Shown: piece by piece, positions 1 to 9,540 of the stretch
How the letters are laid out: every line of letters starts with the position of its first letter
How positions within the stretch are numbered: position 1 is the first letter of the stretch
NCBI GenBank assembly: GCA_043718025.1
Contig: JAYSWN010000077.1
Coordinates: 1 to 34,838, forward strand
Length of the DNA: 34,838 bases
Reading direction: 5' to 3'
From: Pseudomonadota bacterium
Lineage (GTDB): Bacteria; Bdellovibrionota; FAC87; UBA2466
Notes under the pieces: model-generated
Seen by the model: only the letters and a program-made list of their open reading frames with translations
What the model was told of the DNA's origin: nothing
The model's database searches: none
Made by a program: the position numbers and the translations under genes

Positions 1-662
1 AAAAAACAAGGGCCTAGCTCTTGTCAGGGGAGTCTTTTTCCCTTGTGTTCCTTTTCCATAGACGCAATGACGGCGAAATACCACTTTTGAGAAACTCTCT
101 CAGGAAACCGCCCACCCGACTCGAAGTCTCGCGCAAAAAAGAACCTCGGGCGATGACTATAAGACAAGTAAGGGAAACCCAGTGAAAGTGGTCGTGGCAA
201 AGTAGGTTGCGCCTCCACGATACAGCACAACTCGGCAGCACCAAGGTGAAAAGCTAAAGTCTTACCTTAAGTGAAACGCCAAGGAAGCCTCCACGCTCCC
301 CGCAGATCGCCATTCCTACAGAGGCGCAACCTCGAACATAGGTAACACTTATTTGCGGTATGGCTTTCTACTTTTTCGCGAATGGATAGGAAGTATAAAG
401 GGGCATTTCCGACCAGCCGTCTATTCCCGATAAATGTAACCACGGGCAATAGGTGCTCCAAAACTCCGTCTGACGCTGTGTAAGGGCCGCGAACCTTTCT
501 TTAGACCGGGCGTTATGCGCCGGCTTCCAGTGTCTCCGCTATAACGCATTGGCCGAGCGGGCGCGAGCCCCGCCAGGCCAATGCGCGCGCAACGCTTAGC
601 AAACCGCTTCACCCATAAATTTACGGGGCCGGTCGTCGTGAGATATGCTTCGTCTGTTTAGG

Positions 663-3209
663 TCAGTCGCCGCGATAGCAGAGATAGATAAGACCCATGG
701 GGTCTACACGCGTTAAGGAACTCGAAAACACGTAGAAAAATTCGTAGCCATAGGGGCTCTCCCAGAAACTCAGACCATAGGCGGAAGAAGGTGGCTGATA
801 GAAAAAGCTGATAATCATTCCGGATTTCTGACTGTAGGGAGTTCCATCGGCCAGGGTCGCCTTAGTAGGATCGAAATAAAAACTCTCATTTTTACTCCTT
901 TGGTCGTAGCTAATACTTCCGCGCGGATAGAAGAGGATCTCGCCGCCTAGTCCCACTAACGTGTCTATTTCAGCGGAATAGACTGCGGGAATTGAGCTCC
1001 CCTCAGGAGCACGAAGGTCATTAAGGACTCTGAGTTTTTGATATTTGCTCGCGTCGGGCAGGCTATTTGCCAACGCTATCGAAGCGCATGACGCGGTCTG
1101 ATTAGCGGCATTTCCCACAACGAATGCGGGCCTAGTATCGGAAATTGTAAATAAGCCGCCGGTCCGCTTGCCCTGAACCTCGTAATTAATTTCGAAGCTA
1201 CCACTTCGTAACGCCCGAAATTCGCCCCAACCAACCACCTCAAAGGCGCTTGGGTCGCTAAATGTGAACGTTCCCATATTGAAAATAGTAGCATCCCGTC
1301 GCCATGGAGGTAGCGGACCCCAATGAGCTTTGATTTCGAATTTAAGGATTTCGCTAACCCGAGTCCCAATTCTAGCCTTGAGTCGCATCGAAATGACCGA
1401 ATCGCTCGGCAGAGGCGGCGCATAGTAGACTGGATTGGCTGCTTGCGAAACATTAACGGCCCCGTAGTAGCTTCCGACAAAAGGTTCCCGATACAACCAG
1501 TCAGCCAAAGTGTCTTCGGGAAATTCGCAGTTTGGTCGGTTCGCGGGATACTCTCCTCGGTTTTCAAAACGTACAAAACAGGCGGGAACGAAGAATTTTT
1601 CACCTCCCTGCATCGTCACTTGGGCGGAGAAACGGTTCTGATCATAACCCGCGACCTTAACTACGTCGAACGAATCAACACGATTGGGAACGATGGTAAT
1701 CGCACCAGAAGCCTTGAGTAACGTAGGGCCCAACGAACCATTGCGGTAGTCCAAGATCGTGTCCGCGCAATTCAAGTAGTAGTCGCCGGCTGTAGAGGCA
1801 ATGAAATACCCCTTCTGTCCTTGAGACGCTGTGTAGACTACAGATGCATTTGCATCGTTCTCCAGTACCCCCTGGGTGTGGGACAAGAAGCAGACTGCAT
1901 TTCCGGACATTCCATAATCTTCAATATTGTCGAACATCTCAGCGATGGAAAAGACGCCTTGATACGAGGCGGGAATTTTGGGAGTCGCTCTTAGCACGAT
2001 TGAAGAAACGAACTTTGGCGTCAAGGTGGCAGCGATTTCGATCGACAGACCGCCGACTCTAACCACGAGCTTCGTTTGAATGGGTTGTGCGGCGAGGTCC
2101 ATCCGGTCAGTTTTTGTTACTAAGGTTAACCAGCCTCTAGTTACCTCCGCGGTCAAATACTCGTTCGGATCAACAGAAACAAGTGTCTCCACGAGCAAGC
2201 CGTTTGAATACCTCAATTTAGTAGCCGTAGATTGGCGACGCATGCCGTAAGCCCTATCAAAAGCGAAAAGCATCGAGGGTTGGCCCAGAACTATCTGTGA
2301 CGGAATGGCGGGTAGCACCGTCACCGTGGCGCGGATCACAGCGTCGCCAATCACCGCCGTTAGGATCCCGGTACCCATTAATGTGGCGTCCGCGTAGACG
2401 TTAGCAAAACTCTGCCCGGCCCTTTCCACGATGTTGAAATTGAATACCCTGGTGCTCGTATCGCCGAGCCAGGTGACAGGTCCGACGTGGGGTACGGTTG
2501 AGCGGTCCGTGTATACATCTTGCACATACACTTCGCTCGATACTCCCTGCGGGAGACTGAGCTCGGCGGATGAAAAAGTATAGTGATCGAAAACAGCGTT
2601 ATTAGTCTTAATCGCAACCGTCGTTGAAACGGTTCCACTTGAAATTTTCAATTCGGTGACGCCGGCAGAAAGAAATTTGAGTGAGTAAGGAAGGCTCGAA
2701 GACGCCATCTCGGCGGTTCCTTTTTTGGAAAAATCAAACGACAAGTCGGCGAGGTTGTTAACAACTGAGAAATCTGATAGCACGCCGCGAATTTCAAGCG
2801 CACGTGTTAATCCTTTAGGGCCTTCCAGCGTCGGACCTGAAACAATCAATTGAGATAACGTGGCCGCGCTAATGGTAATCGGGACCGTGATTCGAATCGA
2901 AGCATCTGCCTTAAGAGCGCCTTCTAACTCTGTCGTCCCTTCCGCAAGAGGGACGATTAGGCCAGTGGAATCAATAGTTGCCAGCGTTTCGTTCTTCACG
3001 CGAAAACTTAGGTCACCCGTAACATCTTTCGAACTTCCATCGCGGAGGATACCAATTATGGTTACTTTTGATTTCAAACCCTTTGCGACTAGAATCGGGT
3101 GAACTGATGCTAAGTTCATTACGACAGAGCCCGGAGGGTTGGCGCCGGTACAAGCTACCAGCAAAAAAACGACCAAGGCAGAAATAATGGCGACGCGAGG
3201 AACGAGCAT
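663..3209 (-). CDS. Large lipoprotein with tandem bacterial Ig-like (Big_2-type) domains, probable surface adhesin
   Basis: 848-aa ORF. Hydrophobic signal ending in lipobox LVAC. Big_2-like blocks such as IGILRDGSSKDVTGDLSFRVKNETLATIDSTGLIVPLAEGTTEL and IRGVLSDFSVVN...AGVTELKISSGTVSTTVAI. GGGGTG SD-like sequence upstream. Confidence 0.8.
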   Translation of the reverse strand: MLVPRVAIISALVVFLLVACTGANPPGSVVMNLASVHPILVAKGLKSKVTIIGILRDGSSKDVTGDLSFRVKNETLATIDSTGLIVPLAEGTTELEGALKADASIRITVPITISAATLSQLIVSGPTLEGPKGLTRALEIRGVLSDFSVVNNLADLSFDFSKKGTAEMASSSLPYSLKFLSAGVTELKISSGTVSTTVAIKTNNAVFDHYTFSSAELSLPQGVSSEVYVQDVYTDRSTVPHVGPVTWLGDTSTRVFNFNIVERAGQSFANVYADATLMGTGILTAVIGDAVIRATVTVLPAIPSQIVLGQPSMLFAFDRAYGMRRQSTATKLRYSNGLLVETLVSVDPNEYLTAEVTRGWLTLVTKTDRMDLAAQPIQTKLVVRVGGLSIEIAATLTPKFVSSIVLRATPKIPASYQGVFSIAEMFDNIEDYGMSGNAVCFLSHTQGVLENDANASVVYTASQGQKGYFIASTAGDYYLNCADTILDYRNGSLGPTLLKASGAITIVPNRVDSFDVVKVAGYDQNRFSAQVTMQGGEKFFVPACFVRFENRGEYPANRPNCEFPEDTLADWLYREPFVGSYYGAVNVSQAANPVYYAPPLPSDSVISMRLKARIGTRVSEILKFEIKAHWGPLPPWRRDATIFNMGTFTFSDPSAFEVVGWGEFRALRSGSFEINYEVQGKRTGGLFTISDTRPAFVVGNAANQTASCASIALANSLPDASKYQKLRVLNDLRAPEGSSIPAVYSAEIDTLVGLGGEILFYPRGSISYDQRSKNESFYFDPTKATLADGTPYSQKSGMIISFFYQPPSSAYGLSFWESPYGYEFFYVFSSSLTRVDPMGLIYLCYRGD

Positions 3210-3235
3210 GAATCACCCCAAACCATCGCCTAAAA

Positions 3236-3251
3236 TGCAATCTGCGCACCA
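3236..3251 (-). promoter_or_regulatory. Putative sigma54 (-24/-12) promoter of the Ig-like lipoprotein gene
   Basis: Minus strand reads TGGTGCGCAGATTGCA, i.e. GG-N10-GC against consensus TGGCACG-N4-TTGCW. Predicted +1 near 3225, about 16 nt before the ATG at 3209. Confidence 0.55.
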
Positions 3252-3281
3252 GCTTCTGAGCTGAGCTTTGCTGCTGATTTC

Positions 3282-3375
3282 GTCCAAAGATTAGACAGTA
3301 TAGGCGTCGGATTCACAATGGCTTGAATCGGTTGATATTGGCTTGCTGCTATTTGGACACTGTCAGGTTTCAGAC
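3282..3375. promoter_or_regulatory. Two GTC-N8/9-GAC pseudo-palindromic boxes (3282-3296 and 3362-3375), candidate activator sites
   Basis: GTCCAAAGATTAGACAGT and ACTGTCAGGTTTCAGAC. The second matches the reverse complement of 17830-17847 (ACTGTCTAGGTTTCAGAC) except for one indel. Confidence 0.35.
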
Positions 3376-3476
3376 ACTACATAAATTTAGTAATCGACAG
3401 TAAGCCCCGCCAAAGCCGCTTCTAACGCGGGGATCCGACTGCGAACTTCACCCTACGGCACGGAGCCGCCCATGCC

Positions 3477-3965
3477 CTACTTGGCTAATTTCGGGCAGAG
3501 TTTTTTCATCGCGGAGGTGACATCCCCGAGTCGGCTCTCTTTCCCTCCCTCGATGAGCAAAGAGCCGCCGTCGATGCGTTGCTTGATGGTAGGCGCCATG
3601 ATCTTTTCTTTGCCAATTGTGACAAACCCCTCCTTGCCGACGTTGGCACCCGTTGCGTCGGCAAAGCGGAAGGACGCAGCCCGATTCAAACGCACCGTGA
3701 AGGAGGTCTGCATGAAACCTTTATCCCCTTCCAGCTTCACCTCATACTCCTTGGAATCGATTTCGTCGACGTCGTGGCCCGTCCAAATCGGCTCCGCCGT
3801 CTCGCTACCGATGCGGAAAGCAAGCTCGGGGTTCGCCTGGCCTTTCCCGCATCGCGGACGAGCTTCGAATTTTGCAATCTGTTCGGTGCGCTGCAAGCAC
3901 CCCTTGTGCTTGGGATCGAGCTCGAATGGATAGTCCGTATAGCCGCATGATTTGCTGAACTCCAC
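3477..3965 (-). CDS. Stand-alone SecDF P1-head-like domain protein, probably 5'-truncated
   Basis: VRLNRAASFRFADATGANVGKEGFVTIGKEKIMAPTIKQRIDGGSLLIEGG follows the SecD/F P1 head pattern (F..T..N.G......I.AP.I...I.GG...I.G). GTG start without SD, in-frame TAA 7 codons upstream, no signal peptide. Confidence 0.55.
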   Translation of the reverse strand: MEFSKSCGYTDYPFELDPKHKGCLQRTEQIAKFEARPRCGKGQANPELAFRIGSETAEPIWTGHDVDEIDSKEYEVKLEGDKGFMQTSFTVRLNRAASFRFADATGANVGKEGFVTIGKEKIMAPTIKQRIDGGSLLIEGGKESRLGDVTSAMKKLCPKLAK

Positions 3966-4247
3966 CGGCGGCGAGAAGAACTTTTATATGACTTTCGCGG
4001 AGCGATCTCACCCCACCAACCCCAAAACCGGGCTGGCCGGGCCGGGGACGGCCGCGGACTTCGCTCTACGGAATGCCGAACTCTGCTCCGTGACGTCGCG
4101 GTTTTGATCGCTAGCGCAGACGATAAAGCCCCTTCCAGGTCACGGATTAATCTATGAGGCGCGGTTAGGGCGACGGATAGAAAATCGCTCACCGCGGAAC
4201 GTGGACGAGAAAAAGGCTCTCGAAAATCTCATGGTACTAATTTATTC

Positions 4248-5032
4248 ATGACGACCACTGCACAAATCTTAGACGCAAAAGTAAAACAACTAGCAAAAAC
4301 TCTTCTCCACACCGAAGGGTTGGTGCTCACCACTCTCATGGAGATGAGCCGAGCCCGGGTGTTTGCGGAGTTAAATTACTCAGGGGTGTTTGATTACTGC
4401 CTTCGCGCATTGGGCATGAGTAAAGAACAGTCTTACTATTTTAAGAAAGTGGCCGAGGTTTCGGTACAAGTACCGGAGCTAAAAACTGCCATCGTTCACG
4501 GTGAACTCTCTCTTTCATCGGCTCGCCGCATCGCCCCTATTCTCAACGCGGCAAATCAGGCGGAGTGGATTGGCAAGGCTAAGGAGCTGAAGCAGAGTGA
4601 GCTTGAAAAAGCGGTGAGTGAAGTCAATCCGCAGGCTCACCCCCGAGAGCGGATAAAGCCCGTAGCCAAGAACCTATCTAAGCTTCGGGTAGTTATCGAT
4701 GACGTAACCGATAGCCACCTCATCGCGCTCAAAGACCTGCTCTCTTCCAAGTTAAGACGCCGGCAACCTTGGGTGACGTGATTGCGTGGGCCGCGAAAGA
4801 GACCAGAGAATGGCATGATCCCGAAGCTAAGGCTAAACGGGCAAGAAGAGTTTCTCCAGGAAAACCCGAAACACAAAATTCGCTAAGGGCTAATGCCTCA
4901 ATCAACGCTCGAACTCCAGCCGCCGGAATGGAAGTAACGCCAAGGGAACCGCAACGCCGCCCTATCCCAGCCGCGACCCTTTCCCTAATGGGCAAGACTG
5001 AATTCACCCTGAATACGCCGTATTCGTTTTGA
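4248..5032 (+). pseudogene. Frameshifted and truncated HNH-endonuclease-family gene (DUF222-like N-terminal region; HNH domain missing)
   Basis: N-terminus ELNYSGVFDYCLRALGMS...VPELKTAIVHGELSLSSARRIAPIL...EWIGKA resembles multicopy HNH proteins. Restoring one base near 4760 joins ORF 4248-4781 to 4769-5032 (SKLRRPATLGDVIAWAAKETREWHDP). Similarity ends at RRPIPAA, where the RD..C/HNH part normally starts. Confidence 0.7.
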
Positions 5033-5073
5033 ACACTTTGAACCCCGTCCACCGATAGTGCCAAAATGGAGAG

Positions 5074-8000
5074 ATGGGGTTAAAGGGCAGATTTTTAGTT
5101 GCGGGGGCGTTGTGCCTCATTGCCTTTTCCGTGCACGCCGAACCGGCCAAAGAAGCGATCGATCCTCCTCTCACCCGCCGCCGCCAACTCTCACCGATGG
5201 CAAAGGCTATCGACACCATGCTGTTTGGCGACGTTCAGTGGCTAAACTTCCATGACCAAAATCCATTTCTACCAATCGACTATCTGCCCGATAAGAGCCA
5301 ACTCGCTGCCGCATTGAAGCAAGTGGCGAGCTTTCGCGGTAAATCCTATAATGAGATGGTCGCTCGCGGATATAAACTAAATCAAACTTTCAAGCGCGAG
5401 ATTAAGAAAGCGACCTACGAGATTTTTGCAAACGAACAACTGGTCACCACGCCTTCGTCGAATGCCCTCTATTCGTGGCAGGTTCTCGTCGCCACCGGAA
5501 ACCTCGACGAGCGAAAACTCACCCAAGCCGAGCTTAACCTCAAAGCCAATGCGGTGACTCAAACGGTTTTTCCCTTGGCATTTCAGGGTTTAGATCCACC
5601 CGGATTGAGCGACCCCGATGCGGCAAAAATTTATAACCAGGCCTACAACCGATCCGAAATTTTTGATTCGGCGCCCGATAGTAAAAAAATTGAGCGAGAG
5701 CTATTTGAAGAGTGGCGAGAAAAAGAGATCACCCGGCTAGTAAAAATAATCCAGCGAAACGTGCTGCGGCAGATCGAAAGCCAGTACCGCCGAGGGTTAA
5801 CCCCATTTAGCCGGGTCACCCAGCCCCCAGCATTTGATAAGGACGGAGGTACCCTCTCTTTTTCGGAGCTTGCACAGAGGATTGAGCCGCCCGCGATCAT
5901 GCGCCGGCACGTAGGTGGGAAACTTAGTTTCGACTACCCCTCCGAAGTTAGATTTACTTTTCTCCCCAACGAGACGCTTATGTATTCGGGGTCAAGGGTT
6001 GAGACCCAGACCTTTTCGAGCGCCTTACTAAACCACGCCCAGTGGGGTAAGCTCTCGGTGCCTAACGCCGCCGAAGGGCACCTGAGCGAGGTGCTCGAGC
6101 AATCCAACCGGGCTGCCCGCGACGCCTTAAGGCGACTCAATCAGTTTCAGTACGAGCATTATAGGGCCGACGGCGGAAAAGGTTTTTTTCTGGAGTGGAA
6201 AAAGGGCATGGCCGCTGAACGGAAGGGTTTAGACAGAGTATGGGCTTTTCCGATGGCCGCCCAGAGCCAAAAAAAATTTGAAGGTAGCCATTTAGAGTCT
6301 GCCCTTTGGGCAAGATTTTCGGAGCATCCCGAATTCTGGGATAAAAGAGGGCTGAGAAAGTCTACAATTGTTAATGAGGTATTCGGCTTTCGCCGTATTC
6401 AGGTACTTTCAGCGGAGCTTCCCACGCCGGCGTCGACCAGGTTGGCGAACGCAGGTAATAAGTTCATTGAATCAGCGGCAATAAAAGCCGAAGATTTGTT
6501 GTTGTCACACCCTGGGGCAACCGCAACTTTGCTGGGGACGGCCATGGCGGCCGGGATTTTCGGAACCTCAGTGTGGCTTAATAATCCTGGTGGAGAAAAC
6601 CCTTCAGCTCCCGTATCGAGAGCCGCTGCCGATACCAATTTAGCCCCGAGTCACCTCTCCGCCCAGGGAACGGCTTTTAATAAACCGCTTACGGGCCCAT
6701 CGACTGCGCCTATTTTCACACTGCTTCGCGATAGCGGCGAGAAAAGAAAACCCCTCCGTTTTTCCTTCGGCCGTCCTGATCAAGCTACCACTGACGTTAG
6801 GGTCATTAGCTACCCTCTTTATTCTTCCCACTACAGGTTGGGGAGCGAGTTAACTCACACGGGCAATCTCGAAATTCCCACCGCCGACGGCGCCACGCTG
6901 GCGTTTTTGAGAGTGGTGGGCAGCGATGGAAGGGTTTGGGCGAGAGACAAGGACTACGCTATCAAGCAGACCCCAACCGGGGAGTATGTGGTTTTTCCCA
7001 CTTCTCAAGCTGGTTACAAGATAGAGGCCGGTTTTTACGGCGCTCCGGCCGAGCGACCCCAGCTGAAAAGTGCGTCTCTCAAAGAACTCAATCTTGATCA
7101 ACTGCAGAAGGTGGCCGAAGAGCTGTCTGCCAATGGCTTTACCTACCTACCAAAATTGATCAATCACGTGGTAGCCGTTTCACGCCGTGAAAAGAAATCT
7201 TTGAGCGTATTTGATCTCGAAGAAATTTTGCAACAGTCGGCGCTCTACACCCAGAACAAAGAGCAGTACCAATTTTTTACGATGTTTAGATCTGAATTGG
7301 CCCGGGCCGCCCGTTTTCTAAATCCGGAAGGGGTCTCTTGTTACATGTGCGATGGGGCGCAGGAATTGGGAGTGTCGATCTATAAAAAGACCTTGGGGCC
7401 TCAATCCGACATTGAAGTTTTACCGAGAACGGTTGTGGTTCGGCAACCCGGCGACAACGGGTTGTCGTTGGCTGGTCTACACGCCGATTTTTTACTGAGA
7501 GACCCTTTTTCTAAAGAACAAGTGGTCATCGACACAACGCCGCCCCAAAAAGACCCGCGCGATCATCTAACTCACCCGCCGGGCCTGGGCGCCTCTCCCC
7601 CCTACGTGGAAAACAATGACGGAGACAAGAACTCTTCGGAGCCGGGTGGGAAGAATAGTGAGCGCAGAAATTTAACTATTGCCACCCTACCCATGCCTTC
7701 ACCCGGCGATAAAATCACCGGACTGAACGACCAGACGGAAAGTATCCCCCCCGCGCCAGTTCCGTGGGGGCAGCGGCTTAACGAGCTATTTACTACTTGG
7801 GAAAAAGCCGACCGTAGCCGCCCCTTTACCCGAGAAGCGGTGCGCCCGGCTTTGGTGGGGGCGGGATTAGACCCCCAAGTCCCATCGGTAACCCCGCACG
7901 CTGCGGTGAAAGACACGGTCGAAAAAGGTGCCCCAGATCCTGCCGAGAAAGTTTCGGCGGTTAAACCGCCAATTTCGGCCGCCGGGCAAATTGCCGCACG

Positions 8001-8541
8001 TTGGGTGTTTGATCCCAAGCTAAAAGACTTAAGTACTAAGTTAGCTGCCCTCGAAAAACTTATCGTTGCGCTTAAACTCTACCCCAACAAAAACGATAGT
8101 ATTCCCACTTCGTCGGCCGTTGAAATTGTGGGCCTTATCGAAGACGTGCTCACCCGAGAAATTACCGCTGAGGTTTTTCAACAGCGTATGAACCGGCACC
8201 TGCCCAGGGACTTTGAGTGGCCCTTGGTCTACTCCAATCAACTAGCCTCAATCGTAAACGCCGCGGGGAAGCGGCTGAGCGCGCATCTTTCGGCCCATCG
8301 CGAACAATGGAAACGGGGAGACACCAAGTCTTACCCAAAATTGCTAGACCCTCGCGTTGCAACGGCGGTAAACGGTATTTTAAAGTGGGCGGGCGAACAG
8401 ACTTGGGAGCCGGCGCGGTTAGTGTACGACGAACCGACCAGGCCGGGCTGCGCGGGAGCGTTGGGGCAGCTGGCGCCTACGCTCGATCTTACCTTTAAAA
8501 AAGGCGTGGCCAATGTAAATTCAAGAACGTTGAGTTTTTAG
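5074..8541 (+). CDS. Large exported protein with a putative transglutaminase-like (Cys-His-Asp) domain
   Basis: 1155 aa. Signal peptide ending VHA. Internal hydrophobic segment (ATLLGTAMAAGIFGTSVWL). GVSCYMCDGA ... LHADF ... VIDTTP fits the C/H/D-TP order of transglutaminase-like cores. Confidence 0.6.
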   Translation: MGLKGRFLVAGALCLIAFSVHAEPAKEAIDPPLTRRRQLSPMAKAIDTMLFGDVQWLNFHDQNPFLPIDYLPDKSQLAAALKQVASFRGKSYNEMVARGYKLNQTFKREIKKATYEIFANEQLVTTPSSNALYSWQVLVATGNLDERKLTQAELNLKANAVTQTVFPLAFQGLDPPGLSDPDAAKIYNQAYNRSEIFDSAPDSKKIERELFEEWREKEITRLVKIIQRNVLRQIESQYRRGLTPFSRVTQPPAFDKDGGTLSFSELAQRIEPPAIMRRHVGGKLSFDYPSEVRFTFLPNETLMYSGSRVETQTFSSALLNHAQWGKLSVPNAAEGHLSEVLEQSNRAARDALRRLNQFQYEHYRADGGKGFFLEWKKGMAAERKGLDRVWAFPMAAQSQKKFEGSHLESALWARFSEHPEFWDKRGLRKSTIVNEVFGFRRIQVLSAELPTPASTRLANAGNKFIESAAIKAEDLLLSHPGATATLLGTAMAAGIFGTSVWLNNPGGENPSAPVSRAAADTNLAPSHLSAQGTAFNKPLTGPSTAPIFTLLRDSGEKRKPLRFSFGRPDQATTDVRVISYPLYSSHYRLGSELTHTGNLEIPTADGATLAFLRVVGSDGRVWARDKDYAIKQTPTGEYVVFPTSQAGYKIEAGFYGAPAERPQLKSASLKELNLDQLQKVAEELSANGFTYLPKLINHVVAVSRREKKSLSVFDLEEILQQSALYTQNKEQYQFFTMFRSELARAARFLNPEGVSCYMCDGAQELGVSIYKKTLGPQSDIEVLPRTVVVRQPGDNGLSLAGLHADFLLRDPFSKEQVVIDTTPPQKDPRDHLTHPPGLGASPPYVENNDGDKNSSEPGGKNSERRNLTIATLPMPSPGDKITGLNDQTESIPPAPVPWGQRLNELFTTWEKADRSRPFTREAVRPALVGAGLDPQVPSVTPHAAVKDTVEKGAPDPAEKVSAVKPPISAAGQIAARWVFDPKLKDLSTKLAALEKLIVALKLYPNKNDSIPTSSAVEIVGLIEDVLTREITAEVFQQRMNRHLPRDFEWPLVYSNQLASIVNAAGKRLSAHLSAHREQWKRGDTKSYPKLLDPRVATAVNGILKWAGEQTWEPARLVYDEPTRPGCAGALGQLAPTLDLTFKKGVANVNSRTLSF

Positions 8542-8649
8542 TCACCCTCGCGGCAAAGACTGCCGCTCGATTTCATTGGTGGGCAAAAAATCCATGGCGA
8601 GGAGATAGCATTTTGGCCGAGGCGAAGAAACGTTTGATTATAAAGAATG

Positions 8650-8687
8650 AAAAAATGGGGGAGTGAAGCCAAAAGCTCCGCTCCCCC
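8650..8687 (-). terminator. Rho-independent terminator of the 246-aa gene
   Basis: Minus strand GGGGGAGCGGAGC-TTTTG-GCTTCACTCCCCC then ATTTTTT, 10 nt after the stop at 8698. Confidence 0.75.
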
Positions 8688-8697
8688 GGTTTGAATT

Positions 8698-9438
8698 TTA
8701 CGGTTTTTCAAGGATCAGATCATTGCCGCTCACGTAGGCGCGGGTGAAAGGGCCGGAGATTCCTTGCCGTTGTAGAATGCGGGTTAGGCCGTAGGTCATC
8801 GCCGATTGAGCCCGGGCACTTTTCAGTAGGGTGTCGGCGGCCTTTTCCACCGCTTTTTGAATGCGGCGATCGGTTTTGAAGAGCTTGTTGCAGAAGTCAA
8901 TTCCGGCCAGTTTGCAGCCGCCCGTGGAAGTGATGTCGGCATCTAGGCGAGACGCGCCGAACGTCATCGCCAATTGTCCGCCCGTCACCTTAGGCAGAGC
9001 ATTGGTGGCTACCCGGTTTCGCGACATGTTGAAGTCGGGCATCCAGTTGTCGCCAAATTTATTGTGGTACCCTTTTATTTCGCGGCCGTTGTCTTCAAAC
9101 TCCACCAGCCAATTAAAATGGCTGCCCGAGAAAGTGAAGCGCTGCGATTTTAAGGTCACCTCGTTGACGTAAAAGTGGCCGTCGCCCAAATCGGGGCAGA
9201 GAATTCCGCAGTCGATATCGATCACTACGCGATCGATAGTAAAGGGAATTTGAAAGCCCATGAGCTTTAAGTAACTACTCTGTACTTTGTGATTGTTGAG
9301 CTTGAGTTGAATTTGCTGAAGCTCCTGATTTACCGCCGCGGCGAACACCGTACCCTTTACGTGAATTCGCTCGACCGCAAACAGGCTACCGCTGAAAAAG
9401 ACCAGACTGGCTAACGTCGCTAGATTTGTAAGTTTCAT
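8698..9438 (-). CDS. Exported hypothetical protein
   Basis: 246 aa. AGGAGG SD, signal peptide (MKLTNLATLASLVFFSGSLFA), two Cys pairs, own terminator. Confidence 0.8.
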   Translation of the reverse strand: MKLTNLATLASLVFFSGSLFAVERIHVKGTVFAAAVNQELQQIQLKLNNHKVQSSYLKLMGFQIPFTIDRVVIDIDCGILCPDLGDGHFYVNEVTLKSQRFTFSGSHFNWLVEFEDNGREIKGYHNKFGDNWMPDFNMSRNRVATNALPKVTGGQLAMTFGASRLDADITSTGGCKLAGIDFCNKLFKTDRRIQKAVEKAADTLLKSARAQSAMTYGLTRILQRQGISGPFTRAYVSGNDLILEKP

Positions 9439-9540
9439 TTGAATCCTCCTATCTCTTTACGCGTGGGGGAAAGAAAAAGGGCTCATCGGGCTGGTAGGGG
9501 TGCCAACGCCGCCAAGGTAAAAATGGCGGATATTAAACGC

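Noticed and set aside
434..518. attC-like site ending GGGCGTTATGC
   Set aside because: No matching RYYYAAC with internal dyad symmetry upstream.
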